From the NCBI GenBank assembly GCA_002104905.1, contig MCFE01000134.1, forward strand, positions 94,014 through 158,013: a stretch of 64,000 nt of DNA, given 5' to 3'. How positions within the stretch are numbered: the stretch's first letter is position 1; each line of letters starts with the position of its first letter. This document shows positions 1 through 11,269 of the stretch, piece after piece. Below the pieces are notes generated by a model. That model was not told the origin of the DNA, made no database searches, and was given only the letters and a program-made list of their open reading frames with translations. The translations under genes and the position numbers were made by a program. The stretch comes from Basidiobolus meristosporus CBS 931.73. Lineage: Eukaryota; Fungi; Basidiobolomycota.

Positions 1-327
1 CAGGCCAAAGCATCCCAAAGTGAAGAAATGTTGAAGCAGAGATTGATATTACTATATCACCAGAAGCATTGACAGTTGTGAACTTGCATTGCTGAGAAGC
101 AATACTTGGAAGAAGTTTGAGCCACAATGGCTGGAATCACTTAAGATCATGAGTGAGTGTACAATTGCAACTTATGAACTGGTGGACAAACAAGGGGATC
201 TGGGAAGATTTAGCTCATAGAGACAGACTCAAGCTTGCAAGACTTGCTGACAACACTTCACCATCAAGATATTGGTATCACAAAGAAAGAGATTCAGGAG
301 AACCCTCTCAGCTGTAGAAGGGGAGGA
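1..327 (+). mobile_element. 3' end of a Ty3/gypsy LTR retrotransposon: degenerate integrase C-terminus and polypurine tract
   Basis: Manual translation gives KKFEPQWLESLKI...TYELVDKQG and, after a frameshift, LAHRDRLKLAR, resembling the GPY/F-type integrase tail. Purine tract AGAAGGGGAGGA (316-327) is followed directly by TGTTG. Confidence 0.7.
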
Positions 328-690
328 TGTTGTGATCTACCACTTGAATATTTAAGTAAGGTCAGTTTTTAGTAAAATGCCTAGTTTTATGGTTAGCCTG
401 TTGGTATATCAGTGTTGTATATCTCAATAGTAGTATTAGTCAGCAGATGAGTTAGCAGATCTTTCCCAGACAGAAATGAATATAGCAAGTAAGATCTAAT
501 TGGGTGATGATAATGTAATCAAATGAGTCATCAGCCACAGTCTGCATATGCAATCAAATAGTTAGCAATTGATCTAGCAAATATTTATTAGTAGTTGCTG
601 AAATCTCAATGAAAATCAGTTCAAGTTTTGGTGAATATAATACTAGCAAACTCCCTATTCCTTTACAACTCTTATATCAAGACTTGTTGC
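328..690 (+). repeat. 3' LTR of the integrase-bearing element; right boundary approximate
   Basis: Begins with TG immediately after the PPT and runs until similarity to CACTA ORF2 starts at ~693. No second copy in the window to fix the end. Confidence 0.5.
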
Positions 691-692
691 AT

Positions 693-1350
693 TTCCATGA
701 CTGTGGCAGGATCCAAATGGCTTTGTGCTATTGTTTATTCACTGGTTCCTGTATGTCTTGGTCTTTGGCTAGCATTGCAAGGTCTTGCACCTCACCTGCT
801 AGCATTTGCAATAAATCCTTGCTACACTCAAGTGCATCCTCTTAAGCCCTGCTCTTGAAGAAGTGTTGCAACCTTTTGCTTTGCCTGTTAATACTCAGAA
901 TTCCACTTCTGGCATGACCATAGTCTTGTAAGCCCTTTGGCATTGTTTCCTTATCTTTCAGTGCAATATTCACTCTGTATATGATGAAGGACATAGAGGC
1001 TGTGGTAGGTATCTAGCCATTCTCTGAAAGCTCATTTACCTCACTGTAGGATAGCTCCACTGGCTGTGCTCCCAACTACCATGGAATTACTTTTGTCTAG
1101 TTGGTAATTCTTCTTGGCTACAATGAGATTTAGCCTGTTCTGAGCTTAAGGCATTAATTGGGAAAAACTGCTGCTTTGCCTCATGCTTCCCTGTCTCTGG
1201 CTGGGGCAGACATTTCTCCTCTTATCTTTTCCTTTATCACTCTGAGGTTGTTCACTGCTACTTTGTCTGAGTACTCTTGTGTTGGCTCTACTTTCTTCTT
1301 GATTTATGCCGCACAAATGTATATGTTTCCACCTTGTTACTTACCAGCTC
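693..1350 (-). mobile_element. Fragment of CACTA accessory ORF2 (copy A)
   Basis: Reverse complement is similar to ~10340-11245 and the 14-14.8 kb copy. Track ORFs 609..845(+) and 11073..11282(-) share CSWS...ARSC...CNKSL...SSA. Confidence 0.7.
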
Positions 1351-2421
1351 TGTAGTGGGGTGACAGTGACACCCACTGACAGATGTGCTCATTCCCTTAT
1401 TTTCTACTTCCCTATATCCCTACTACACTCATTTTAGTTTTATCCCATTTGTCTTACCCTATCAGTACTATCCCATAAGCCGGTTGACTATCACACCTGC
1501 TTACCTTATTGCATAAGTTACCCCTCACTTTATGTAAGATTACTAGTTACAAGTGCCTCTATATTAGGCAAGTACTAGCGCCAGTACCCGTGACACATGA
1601 TCAACCCGTGTCACCATCCCTACCATTTCCATACCATATAAGGTATCCCCATGTTACACAGGTTTCAGAATACTGATTCCTGATTGGTTGGATGTGCTGT
1701 GCCTCTTAGAACCTTCCGGCACCTACTTAGAACATTCTTAGGTCATTCTGATGTCATTAAGATTTCTATTGATATCCGGAACCTTCTGGAACACCATGAT
1801 TAGTAATCACTTAGCCAGTAAGAAAAGTATATAAGGGAGGCTATCCCTCAACAATAAATCATCATCCCTTTTATCAATATACCAACTTGTTGATTAGTGT
1901 GATCACTGCTACCTGCTGCTACCTGAACTTCCAACCCTAGACCACAGGACACTCCCAGGAAACCACGCTGACAGCCAACTGACCTTGGAGGCACTACTTG
2001 TGAGGAATACTCAGAGTAGGTATCTTTTATTATATTTGATTCTTTCCCAAGTTTGTTCTTGTACAGGCAAAGATACTTTTCTGTCTTTGTAGCTATTGAC
2101 CAAAGCTGCATTCTTATCAAGTCCCTGCTGGTGGAGTTTACAGTTGTTTTGACTTTGGAAGCTTTAGTACATTGTCATCTCAAAGGACGCTGAACCCAGC
2201 ACATACTTTTGTTAAGACGCCAACTAAGTTGGGGATTGTAGCTCAATAGTTTTCCCTTGACAAGCTTGTGGCTTTATTCCCCTTCACATTAGATTAGAGA
2301 CAGAACCCAAGTATTCCTAGCAAGCTTTTGCCAGAGGTTATTGCACCCAGTGAACACCCCACACACAAAACACTTGAGAAGTGTTGGACGTATCTCTCCC
2401 CTGGACTTATACACCACCACA
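1351..2421 (+). repeat. 5' LTR (1071 bp), family 1
   Basis: TGTAGTGG...CCACCACA termini. Near-identical inverted copy at 6297-7363. Followed by PBS and gag. Confidence 0.93.
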
Positions 2422-2425
2422 TATT

Positions 2426-2443
2426 TGGCACCCAACGTGGGGG
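2426..2443 (+). promoter_or_regulatory. Primer-binding site complementary to the tRNA-Lys 3' end
   Basis: TGGCACCCAACGTGGGGG, 4 nt after the LTR. The canonical tRNA-Lys PBS is TGGCGCCCAACGTGGGGC; the CG>CA difference fits CpG decay. Confidence 0.85.
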
Positions 2444-2561
2444 GTTCATACAAGCTCCCTAGGACCCAACAAGATTTACCTGAAGATTTGAGCTGTTATC
2501 CACCTATTGAAAAGAGACTACTGATATTACAAAGATTACAACACCAACCTACCTGCCCAAC

Positions 2562-4566
2562 ATGAACTCTATGCCATTACCACTCTCACATGGAGCCCCA
2601 CAGTTTGATGGAAAGAATGTGGAAAGCTTCATATTCAAATGGGAGAAGCTCTGCAAGATGTGCAGTCTATCTGAACAAGAAATGGCTGAAGACTTCCCCT
2701 ACTACTGCACCAATGATATTACCACTAAGCTTCTCAGACAAGGAGACATTCTCACTGACTGGGCCTTAATGAAGACCTACCTACAGACCGAGTATGGTAG
2801 ACCCCAGATATACTATGGAATTGAAGATCTCAGGCACTTTGGAAGAACTGGACTTTCCAAGCTACCACTTGAAGAGTTCATTCAACAGTATGAAGATATG
2901 GCCAAGCCACTCCTAGAGTCCCAGGCTATAACTGAGTTTACCATGACACTTTACCTTGCACAAGGGCTTCCCCAGGACTTGGCAAGGAAAGTTGACTTAC
3001 ATGCTGCCAAGGATGACAAGTCTGGCATTCCTTGCTTTGCAGAGATGAAACGTGTTCTCCTAGAAGCAAAGCAAACTTCTACCTTTATGAGACTCCTGAC
3101 ATCTAATCTGCCAGACCAGTCAACCAAGGAGCCAAGGAGTGCTGCTTCTGACAATCAGACCTACACTACCGACAGAATTGACCAACTTGCTGAACAGTTA
3201 CAAAAGCTAGCCTTCAAGATTAATGGCTCAGCTGAGGTTCCTACTGAAGGACAAAGACCTTTGCCCAGGCACTGCATCTGGTGTGACTCTACTCAGCATG
3301 CCAGACAAGAATGCTCAGAGCTTAGTCAGCTACTCAGAGAAGGAGCAGTACAGTTTGATGCTGATGGAATGCTTGCTGACAAGGAAGGAAGAAGGATTCC
3401 CACTAATTTCCGAAGAGGAGGGATGAGAGCCTTTTTCCAGAAATCTGACTCAGCAACCAGAAAGATTACTGTTGATGCCCCTATTGGGACTCATAAAGTG
3501 AATCCAAGCAGCTCTGACAACAGACAATATGAAGTTGATGCCTTTGCTACCAAAAGACACCTCCCTGAAGAACCTGCCAAACCCATCCTTAGAAGACCAC
3601 AATTTGAAGAACCTGAAGTTGTTATTGACAAGAGGCCTAGTATGCTGCCCACCCAAGATCCATTGCCTCACTTTCAGATGACCTCAAAGATAGCAAGCTA
3701 CTCAAGCCCTCAACTGATTACTGAGAAGCTGCTGAAGCAGAACCTCACTTTGTCGGTTGGAGAAATCATGAGTGTATCCCCATCTGTTAGGAAGACCTTT
3801 GATGAGCAGCTTAGAACAAGATGACAAGCTGTTGAACATATGGACACCCATATAATTCACACAAACCATGAAGACCACCAAAAAGATGACAACATTACTG
3901 AGTATAAGACCTTTTACTCAGTTGCAACTGCTGTGGTGAAAGGATATATATATGATGACCCTGTTGACTGCCATATTGACAGTGGCTCAGAGATTTGTGT
4001 TATGCCGCTAGACTTCTGGAAGACACTTAGAAGCAAGGAGCTACTGCCTGTCGATAGAGATATTGGATGGAACATGACTGATGCAAACTCAGGATCTAGT
4101 CCACTCTACAGTGTAGTGCACAAGTTCCCTATTGAGGTACAAGGGATCAAGGTCTGGCTTCCCCTCTTCATCTGCCAGAAGGCAAACTTTGACCTTCTGC
4201 TAGGTAGACCATGGGAAACCAGTACTAAGGCTACAACTACCAACTATTCCGATGGGTCAGTATGGTACACCATACAAGGATCCAATCCAGGACTACAATC
4301 AACCTTCTGTGGTGTAACACCCAACAATAAGAGGACACATACTGCTTGCCAGAAGACACATCTTGTTATGGAAGAAGATGAAGAGCCTGACAATATACAC
4401 CCCAACATTTGGAGCTGCTCATTAGGTATACAGGAGCAAACAGCTATGGTTCAAACAAAATACAAGATAGTAGAACAGAAGATTAGACCATCACTTACCC
4501 CACTGACTGATGGATCTCGACCTGCTGATTACATTAGACCACCAGAAGAAGCATCAGATGATATAC
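2562..4566 (+). mobile_element. Ty3/gypsy (Ylt1-like) gag plus aspartic protease, truncated before RT
   Basis: ORFs 2562..3824 and 3840..4607 are in the same frame, split by one TGA. Motifs: APQFDGKNV, zinc knuckle CIWCDSTQHARQEC (CX2CX4HX4C), protease HIDSGSEI and LLLGRPW, pre-RT TKYKIVEQKIRP. No RT, integrase or 3' LTR follows. Confidence 0.9.
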
Positions 4567-4604
4567 GACTTCCTTTATCACTGCCAGGTCTTTCATTGCT
4601 ACTT

Positions 4605-4900
4605 TAGGCTTGTTAGTTTGTACTGTGCCAGGGTGCAATCTGTAGTTTCTAGAATGATTTGGCATGATATTAAAGCTATCAGTAGGCAGGATTGCTCTTG
4701 GACAATTGTGCACCATTTGGGACAATCTTGCACACTATGACACAATCTGACATAATGAGGTTGACATAGATGATTGCACCAACTTGTGATGTTTGCATTA
4801 CCTGTGCAATTGGATACTACTGTTATGGTAGGTAAAATCCGGTATTTGGATTTGTTGCTTTAATGTAAATGGAAATAAATGCCTATCACACTACATACTA
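4605..4900 (+). mobile_element. Internal fragment of CACTA Tnp2 transposase
   Basis: Inverted homolog of ~15285-15570. Translation VGRIALGQL..WDNLAHY resembles the Tnp2 GRIPRxI...FTAxQW region. Confidence 0.55.
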
Positions 4901-5877
4901 CACTGATACTTTCCATTTTGGCTACTATCACTCCAATTGGATGGCATCTCAGTGGTTAATTGGTCCAAAAGTATCCTGAAGCTGTCAGCCCCCAATGGGC
5001 TCTTTGACTAATACACAAGCTACCTGATTTGCCATCAAATATCCCATTTTGCCCATTGAACAGGAAAATCCTAGATGCTAGTGATTGGAGAAGGTTTCAT
5101 AGCTACCACACAACTAATCAAGTAGGTACAAAACAGATCAAATGGCTGCACTGGTGTAACAGATGATGTGTATATATGCAGGGTGTTCATTTTTTGGAGT
5201 TCTGTCTCAAATGTGAGACAACCTTGATATTGCCTATATGAAAAATTTAGTGATCACTGATTTGCAATGGGTTAATTTGGGTTGCATAAAAGCAATGAGT
5301 TGTTTGGATCATGAAAATAATAGCAATTTATTGCAGTTTCATCACCTTCTCCTAAGTTTTTTTCTCACAAGGATTACTACTGAAGCATTTGGTAGTGAAT
5401 CACTTTACACACCTAAACTACTTCATTGTTGATTATCCTCTTGGCTACATGTGTATTTATAGTTGGTAATTTTGCCTCCTAGTTGATGAGAGCAATATTG
5501 CAGCTTGGCCATACTTAATTGCGCTGGGTGATGCTACTGAGCTGGCCTGCAGTGCTACATGCTGACACATTCTTTTACTTTCAAAGGTGCTAGTGGTGGA
5601 AGCACTTCAATTGGGTCATCATCAGTCAGTTCACCAGAAGAAATTTGCTGGTGGCCTGGTGTAATGGCACATGCAGGTACAACTTGATGTGCTGGCATGA
5701 TCCTTGGCTAAGCTTGATGCAATGCTGCTTGTTGACGCAACTTGGCCTGCTCCAAGGGACTTGTGACTAAGTGAGCAGTTTGGCAAGTTCTGGTGGTTTT
5801 GCTCTGAAGCACACGTGTTGACTCAACACTTATTGACTCAGTGTGGGGTGCTCTTGTGAGGGGTGTTGGCGTAGTTA

Positions 5878-7940
5878 GATGGGTGGCAGATTCAGATTGA
5901 TGAGAATCACTGGCCAGCAGGATTTGCTGGTAGAGTACTTGTTTAATGAGAATCCATCAAGTGCCAAAGCAAAGGCATGGTCATACATACCTTCAAAGTA
6001 GCACTTGCTTCATAGCTGTTTGTAATGTTTGCCATCAAATATGTCAGATATGTTTGCGCTTGATTGATACTGAGTGCAGTACTGTATAGCTTTGCAATTT
6101 TTGTTGGACTGCATCAGCTTCCTCAGAAAGGGTATGACTGGAATATATATGGACTGTGAACAATGTTTTTCCTCAATTGTGGTGGATTCCTACAATTTGG
6201 ACATGTTGCAATGGTAGCATTTTTAGATCTGAATGCCATGCAACTGCTAACACAAGCTGGAATCAGGACAGTCTCTGGATCATATGTTGCCAGCAGTGTG
6301 GTGGTGTATAGGTCCAAGGGAGAGATACATCCACCACTTCTCAAGTGTTTTGTGTGTGGGGTGTTTACTGGGTGCAATAACCTCTGGCAAAAGCTTGCTA
6401 GGAATACTTGGGTTCTGTCTCTAATCTAATGTGAAGGGGAATAAAGCCACAAGCTTGTCAAGGGAAAACTATTGAGCTACAATCCCCAACTTAGTTGGTG
6501 TCTTAACAAAAGTATGTGCTGGGCTCAGCCTCCTTTGAGATGACAATGTACCAAAGCTTCCAAAGTCAAAACTGTAAACTCCACCAGCAGGGACTTGATA
6601 AGAATGCAGCTGTGGTCAATAGTTACAAAGACAGAAAAGTATCTTTGCCTGTACAAGAACAAACTTGGGAAAGAATCAAATATAATAAAAGATACCTACT
6701 CTGAGTATTCCTCACAAGTAGTGCCTCCAAGGTCAGTTGGCTGTCAGCGCGGTTTCCTGGGAGTGTCCTGTGGTCTGGGGCTGGAAGTTCAGGTAGCAGC
6801 CGGTAGCAGTGATCACACTAATCAACAAGTTGGGATATTGATAAAAGGGATGATAATTTATTGTTGAGGGATAGCCTCCCTTTTATACTTTTCTACTAGC
6901 TAAGTGATTATCAATCATGGTGTTCCAGAAGGTTCCAGATATCAATAAAAATCTTAATGACATCATGATGACCTAAGAATGCTCTAAGTATGTGCCTGAA
7001 GGTTTTAAGAGGCACAGCACATCCAAACAATCAGGAATCAGTATTCTGGAACCTGTGTAACATAGGGATACCATATATGGTATGAAAATGGTAGGGAAGG
7101 TGACACAGGTTGACCATGTGTCATGGGTACTGGCGCAGGTACTTGCCTAATATAGAAGTACTTATAGCTAGTAATCTTACATAAAGTGAGGGGTAACTTA
7201 TGCAATAAGGTAAGCAGGTGTGATAGCCAACCAGCTTATGGGATAGTACTGATCAGGTAAGACAAATGGAATAAAACTAAAATAAGTGTAGTAGAGATAA
7301 AGGGAAGTAGAAAATATGGGAATGAGTACATCTGTCAGTGGGTGTCACTGTCACCCCACTACAGCAGCATGATGGTTGTCCACTTGTACCATGTACATGG
7401 TAAGTTGCATCCTGGTATGATTTTGGCAAGAGGTAGTAGTGAATCCTCAAAGCCCCCATTACCAATATTAGTAGAAATGTGCCACTTTTCTAGCCACAAC
7501 ATTACATCATTCACCAGTTGATGGATTACTGGGCTCATTTGGCTCCATAAAGTATCCTTGGTATTTGTTTCAACAGGTGTTGTCTCATTGCATACAGGGA
7601 TTTGACTGGGCTCATACATGGTACTGTTGTTAGGAGAGATAGGCTCAAAATTTATCAGTGAACCTTCTTTGTCAGAGCTATCACTCTGTGTGCCATATTC
7701 AGAAGGCTGAGGTGAGCCTAAAGGCATCACAAACTCACCTGACTCAGTTTGGGCAAGGTGACAAAGACAGCCAGGTGCCAATATAGAAGTATCAACTGGC
7801 CAGCAAGATAATGTTGGTACAGTAGTGACCAATGTATGGTTAAATATGACTTGGGTGGCAAAACACTAGCCATGATCCTTGTAATACTTCCTATGCTGTC
7901 TGCATGCTTCATGACTGAGAGGCTTGCCACAATAGCCACA
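5878..7940 (-). mobile_element. Degenerate CACTA/EnSpm Tnp2-family transposase (copy B), split by a solo LTR
   Basis: Minus-strand motifs LWLEKWHIS...FEDSLLPLAKIIPGCNLPCTWYK, ACVSSCMAF...CPNC, ISDIFDGKHYKQL and ALALDGFSLNKYSTSKSCWPVILINLNLPP match Transposase_21/Tnp2 hallmarks. Confidence 0.88.
6297..7363 (-). mobile_element. Solo LTR, family 1, with 4-bp TSD GCAG
   Basis: Reverse complement of 1351-2421 (roughly 90-95% by eye). GCAG at 6293-6296 and 7364-7367. The uninterrupted paralogous site at ~12045-12070 is collinear. Confidence 0.95.
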
Positions 7941-9216
7941 TAGTCTTTTTTCTCTTCTCTTACAGTGTTAAGTCAAAGTAGTCTTGTCCATGGGGCAAAG
8001 AGCTTGACCTTCCACAATGTAACACTGTTATATCACTTTTTGGTCAATGCTCATGTGAACGTAAGACAGCCTTGTATTTGAGACATTGCACCTACATGAA
8101 TGTAAGATTCAATGATGACCAACCATAGTAAGCATTATAAATAAAGTTGCGGCACTACATACACATGTATATGTAACACTACTTCCCCTTTGGTTTGACT
8201 CACTTCCATATATATGCCACAAAAAAACAAAGCAAAGTTGTCTGGTTCTCAACCAAACCCCCTGCTGATGGCAACAGAAGAATGGTTTGACAACAGCTTG
8301 CTTTGACATTCAGTGCAACAAGCAGGGCTACATCCAAAAAAGGCCCTGTGGACAGTGTGCCCATTGAAGGTAATAATGCAGACTCCTGAGGCTCTCAGTC
8401 AAGTAGGTGATTGAGAACCACTGCAGAGCCACAAGCTGACTGTTATACCCAGGCAGATGAGAATGCAGCAAACACAGTACCCTCAGTTGAAGATCAGCAA
8501 GTGGCCATGATAACATCACCACCACCCATATTATCAAGTATGTTGTCAGCTCATACCAGAGCACTAATGAAGCAATTAGGTGCAGTGGCTGATAGCATAG
8601 ATGCAATGGCCCAGAGAAATCAGGATGTAGTCCAGAAGCAGGATGAGCAGATAATATGTGTAGAGCAATCAATATCCCAGGTAGAGAAAGCAGTACCTTT
8701 GCTGTAAAGAAGGAGCTCAAGAAGCTTAATGTTGCAGCCAAGAATTGAGCCATTTCCCGATGTAATAGCAGAGGAACACCGTACAGTTTTTGAAGCACAA
8801 CATCAATGCCCAAAGATAAAGCCCACAGAAAAACCTATCATTGTGTGGGAGGGAGACAATGTGGTGTTTATACCAAAGCCTAAAAATCAAAAGACATTGA
8901 ATATCCATGAATCTGTTGAGTGCTATAATGAAGAGTGGGCCAATATACAAGGGGCCATCAGAAGTCTAGCACGCCATCACCTTAAGGCTGGCATACCATA
9001 AGATCATCAGGAACTCAAGGCCAAGCAGAATGTACTTGACTTGTTCCATGAGCATTATCCTGGATTCAAATGGGCAAACAGACTTGAGGCCAGTATTGCT
9101 ATGCTAAGAAAGTATCTTACAAATAGCAGAAACTATCAAGGGCAGAAGAACAAGAGTGCCATGGCTAAAAACCAGCAGCTTCCTCAAGAGCCTGTTACAA
9201 GCAGGGCCAGAAGCTC

Positions 9217-10312
9217 TGTTGTGTTGTATTATGATTAGATTGGGGCTTGTTCTACAATGTAGAGGCTAATCAACAATATACAACAACTTCCAGTATGCTA
9301 ATACTGAAATAGTCTATTGGGAGTTTGATATACCAATAGAAGATATAACTTTCACTAATTTCCTCAATCTTAGGCTCAAAATATACTCTAGACAGTGTTT
9401 ATCACTTCTACAGCAGTGTTCTGACCTTCTGTCAACTAATGGGCTTATTTAATATTATAATAACTTTTCCTTATTTGAAAGTCACTTTCCTTTTTGAGAA
9501 AATATTTTGTAATATTGAAATTCAGAACTCCCCTTTAACCTAAAGGGGGGTGTTGTAGAAGTCTCTAAAGGGGGCTTTAGACCTAAAGGGGTGTCTAAAG
9601 GGGTGTCTTTAGAGTAAAGGGGTTTCTTAGAGGGGACTTTTCCAACAGAAAAGTGGTAGCTTCTTGTAGAACTTAGATTGGATTCTTGTGAGCTTTGCAG
9701 TCTCTTTACTGATGTAGTACCAAACAAAGTCAGAATACTCAACAGTGCAAGTGATGCAAGGGAGGTCTTATAATCTTTAAGCTTGTAATTGTAGTGTGGA
9801 GATTCTGGAAAGAGAGGCTCTCCCTTTATTTTTCAGCTGGGGAAGTCATATATAAGAAAATTTTGAAGGATAAAGGTTTTTGGGCTATTGCCCAAGCAAT
9901 ACATGCAACACAATGCTAAAATCTTGCAGTGGCGCAGATCAAACATAGGAACAGCACCTGTGAAGATTTCACGTGATTTGATTGGCTAGTTCCAAAGTTA
10001 CACACAATCAAAGTTACCATAGTAATCCTAGCAATAAGGCATAGTATATATAATAATTGGACTCTTTTGGTCATAACTCCTTAAGTACTGCTTCAATTGA
10101 GCTGTAATTTAAAACATGTGTTGGCTACTACGTGTTCTGTATGACATAATATTCTTGGGTGGATTGCTTGTCAGGGTCAGGAGCATTTGTTCTTCAAAGT
10201 TGGAAATTCTTGATCTTTCACTTGGGTGTTACAACAGCAAAAGCAAAATAAAGAAATGAGTGCAATATTGGTTTAGAGATATTGTTGTAATGGAATACTT
10301 TCCATTACTACA
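9217..10312. mobile_element. Solo-LTR-type insertion with 4-bp TSD GCTC, containing a nested LTR
   Basis: TGTTGTG...TACTACA termini. GCTC at 9213-9216 and 10313-10316. Removing it restores collinearity with the ORF2 paralog at ~13876-13900. Confidence 0.85.
9551..10236 (+). repeat. Nested 3' LTR (686 bp) preceded by a polypurine tract
   Basis: Perfect terminal inverted repeat TGTTGTA...TACAACA. AAAGGGGGG at 9542-9550. No TSD, so the rest of the element appears deleted. Confidence 0.7.
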
Positions 10313-11269
10313 GCTCCAGACCAGTGTCAAAAAGATGTCAGGCAGCTGGATGAGTGCAAATTAGGGACAAGCAGGCAGACATGGATGCACCAGCACAACA
10401 TTTATCAAAGAAAAAGCGTAGTACCACTCAAGAAGCACCCAGTCAAAGTAGCAGTGAAGGAGCTGGCAGTGATAAAAACCAGCCAGTTTTGCAGGAGCCT
10501 GTCACAACTATGGTTCAGAGCTCAAAACAAGCTGAAAAAAAACGTCAGGTTTCCAGAAGTGTGCCAGCAAGGGACAAGCTGGCCAGAACAGATGCGTCTG
10601 AGCAGAATTTATCCAGGAGAAAATGTAGTGCTGTACAAGAAGCACTCAGAAAAAGTAGCAATGAAAGAACTGGAAGTAATAAAGGAAAAGGTTAAGGGAA
10701 AAATGTCTACCCAAGCCTGAGACAGGCAGGCATGCAAAAAAAACTGAAGTTCTTGCCAAATAACGCTGCAAGCCCAGAACAGACTGAATCTCATCATAGC
10801 CAAGAAGAATTACCAACAAGAAAACAGCTTTTTTCACAAGAGTTGGAAGTGCAGCCAGTTGAGCTACAATCCAGCAAGGTAGATGAGTTTGCTGAAAAAG
10901 GCAACTTGTCTACCACAGCATCCATAGCCTCCATTGTTGACAGGGTGGAGATCCCACTGATAGACAAGGCTACAATGTCAAGAGCTCAAAAGACTATCAC
11001 AATGCCTTCAGTGGAGTTTTGGAACATTAATAAGCACACAAAGAGGTTGCAGCACTTCTTCAAGAGCAGTGCTCAAGAAAACGCACTGGAATATTGCAAG
11101 GATTTATTGCAAAGACTGGCAGATGAGGAGCAAGACCTTGCAGTGCTGGTTGAAGACCAGGACATGTGGGAACCAGTGAATGAACAGTGGCATAAAGCTG
11201 TTGGGTTCCCACTAAAGTTGTGGAACCAGAGCATTACAGCAGAGATACTTATTGGGTGGTGGCTTTCAA

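Noticed and set aside
1848-6867. Two near-identical 90-aa ORFs (1848..2120 minus and 6595..6867 plus) that look like a duplicated gene
   Set aside because: Both lie within the two copies of the same LTR, antisense to the element, start at TTG and have no protein features.
1351-7363. Inverted ~1.07-kb repeats suggesting a DIRS-like or giant-TIR element spanning 1351-7363
   Set aside because: The right copy has its own 4-bp TSD and a collinear empty site, so it is an independent solo LTR; the left copy is followed by PBS and gag.
6291-7367. Apparent 6-bp direct repeat CAGCAG as TSD
   Set aside because: It overlaps the LTR's terminal CA. Comparison with the other LTR copy fixes the boundary and leaves a 4-bp TSD.
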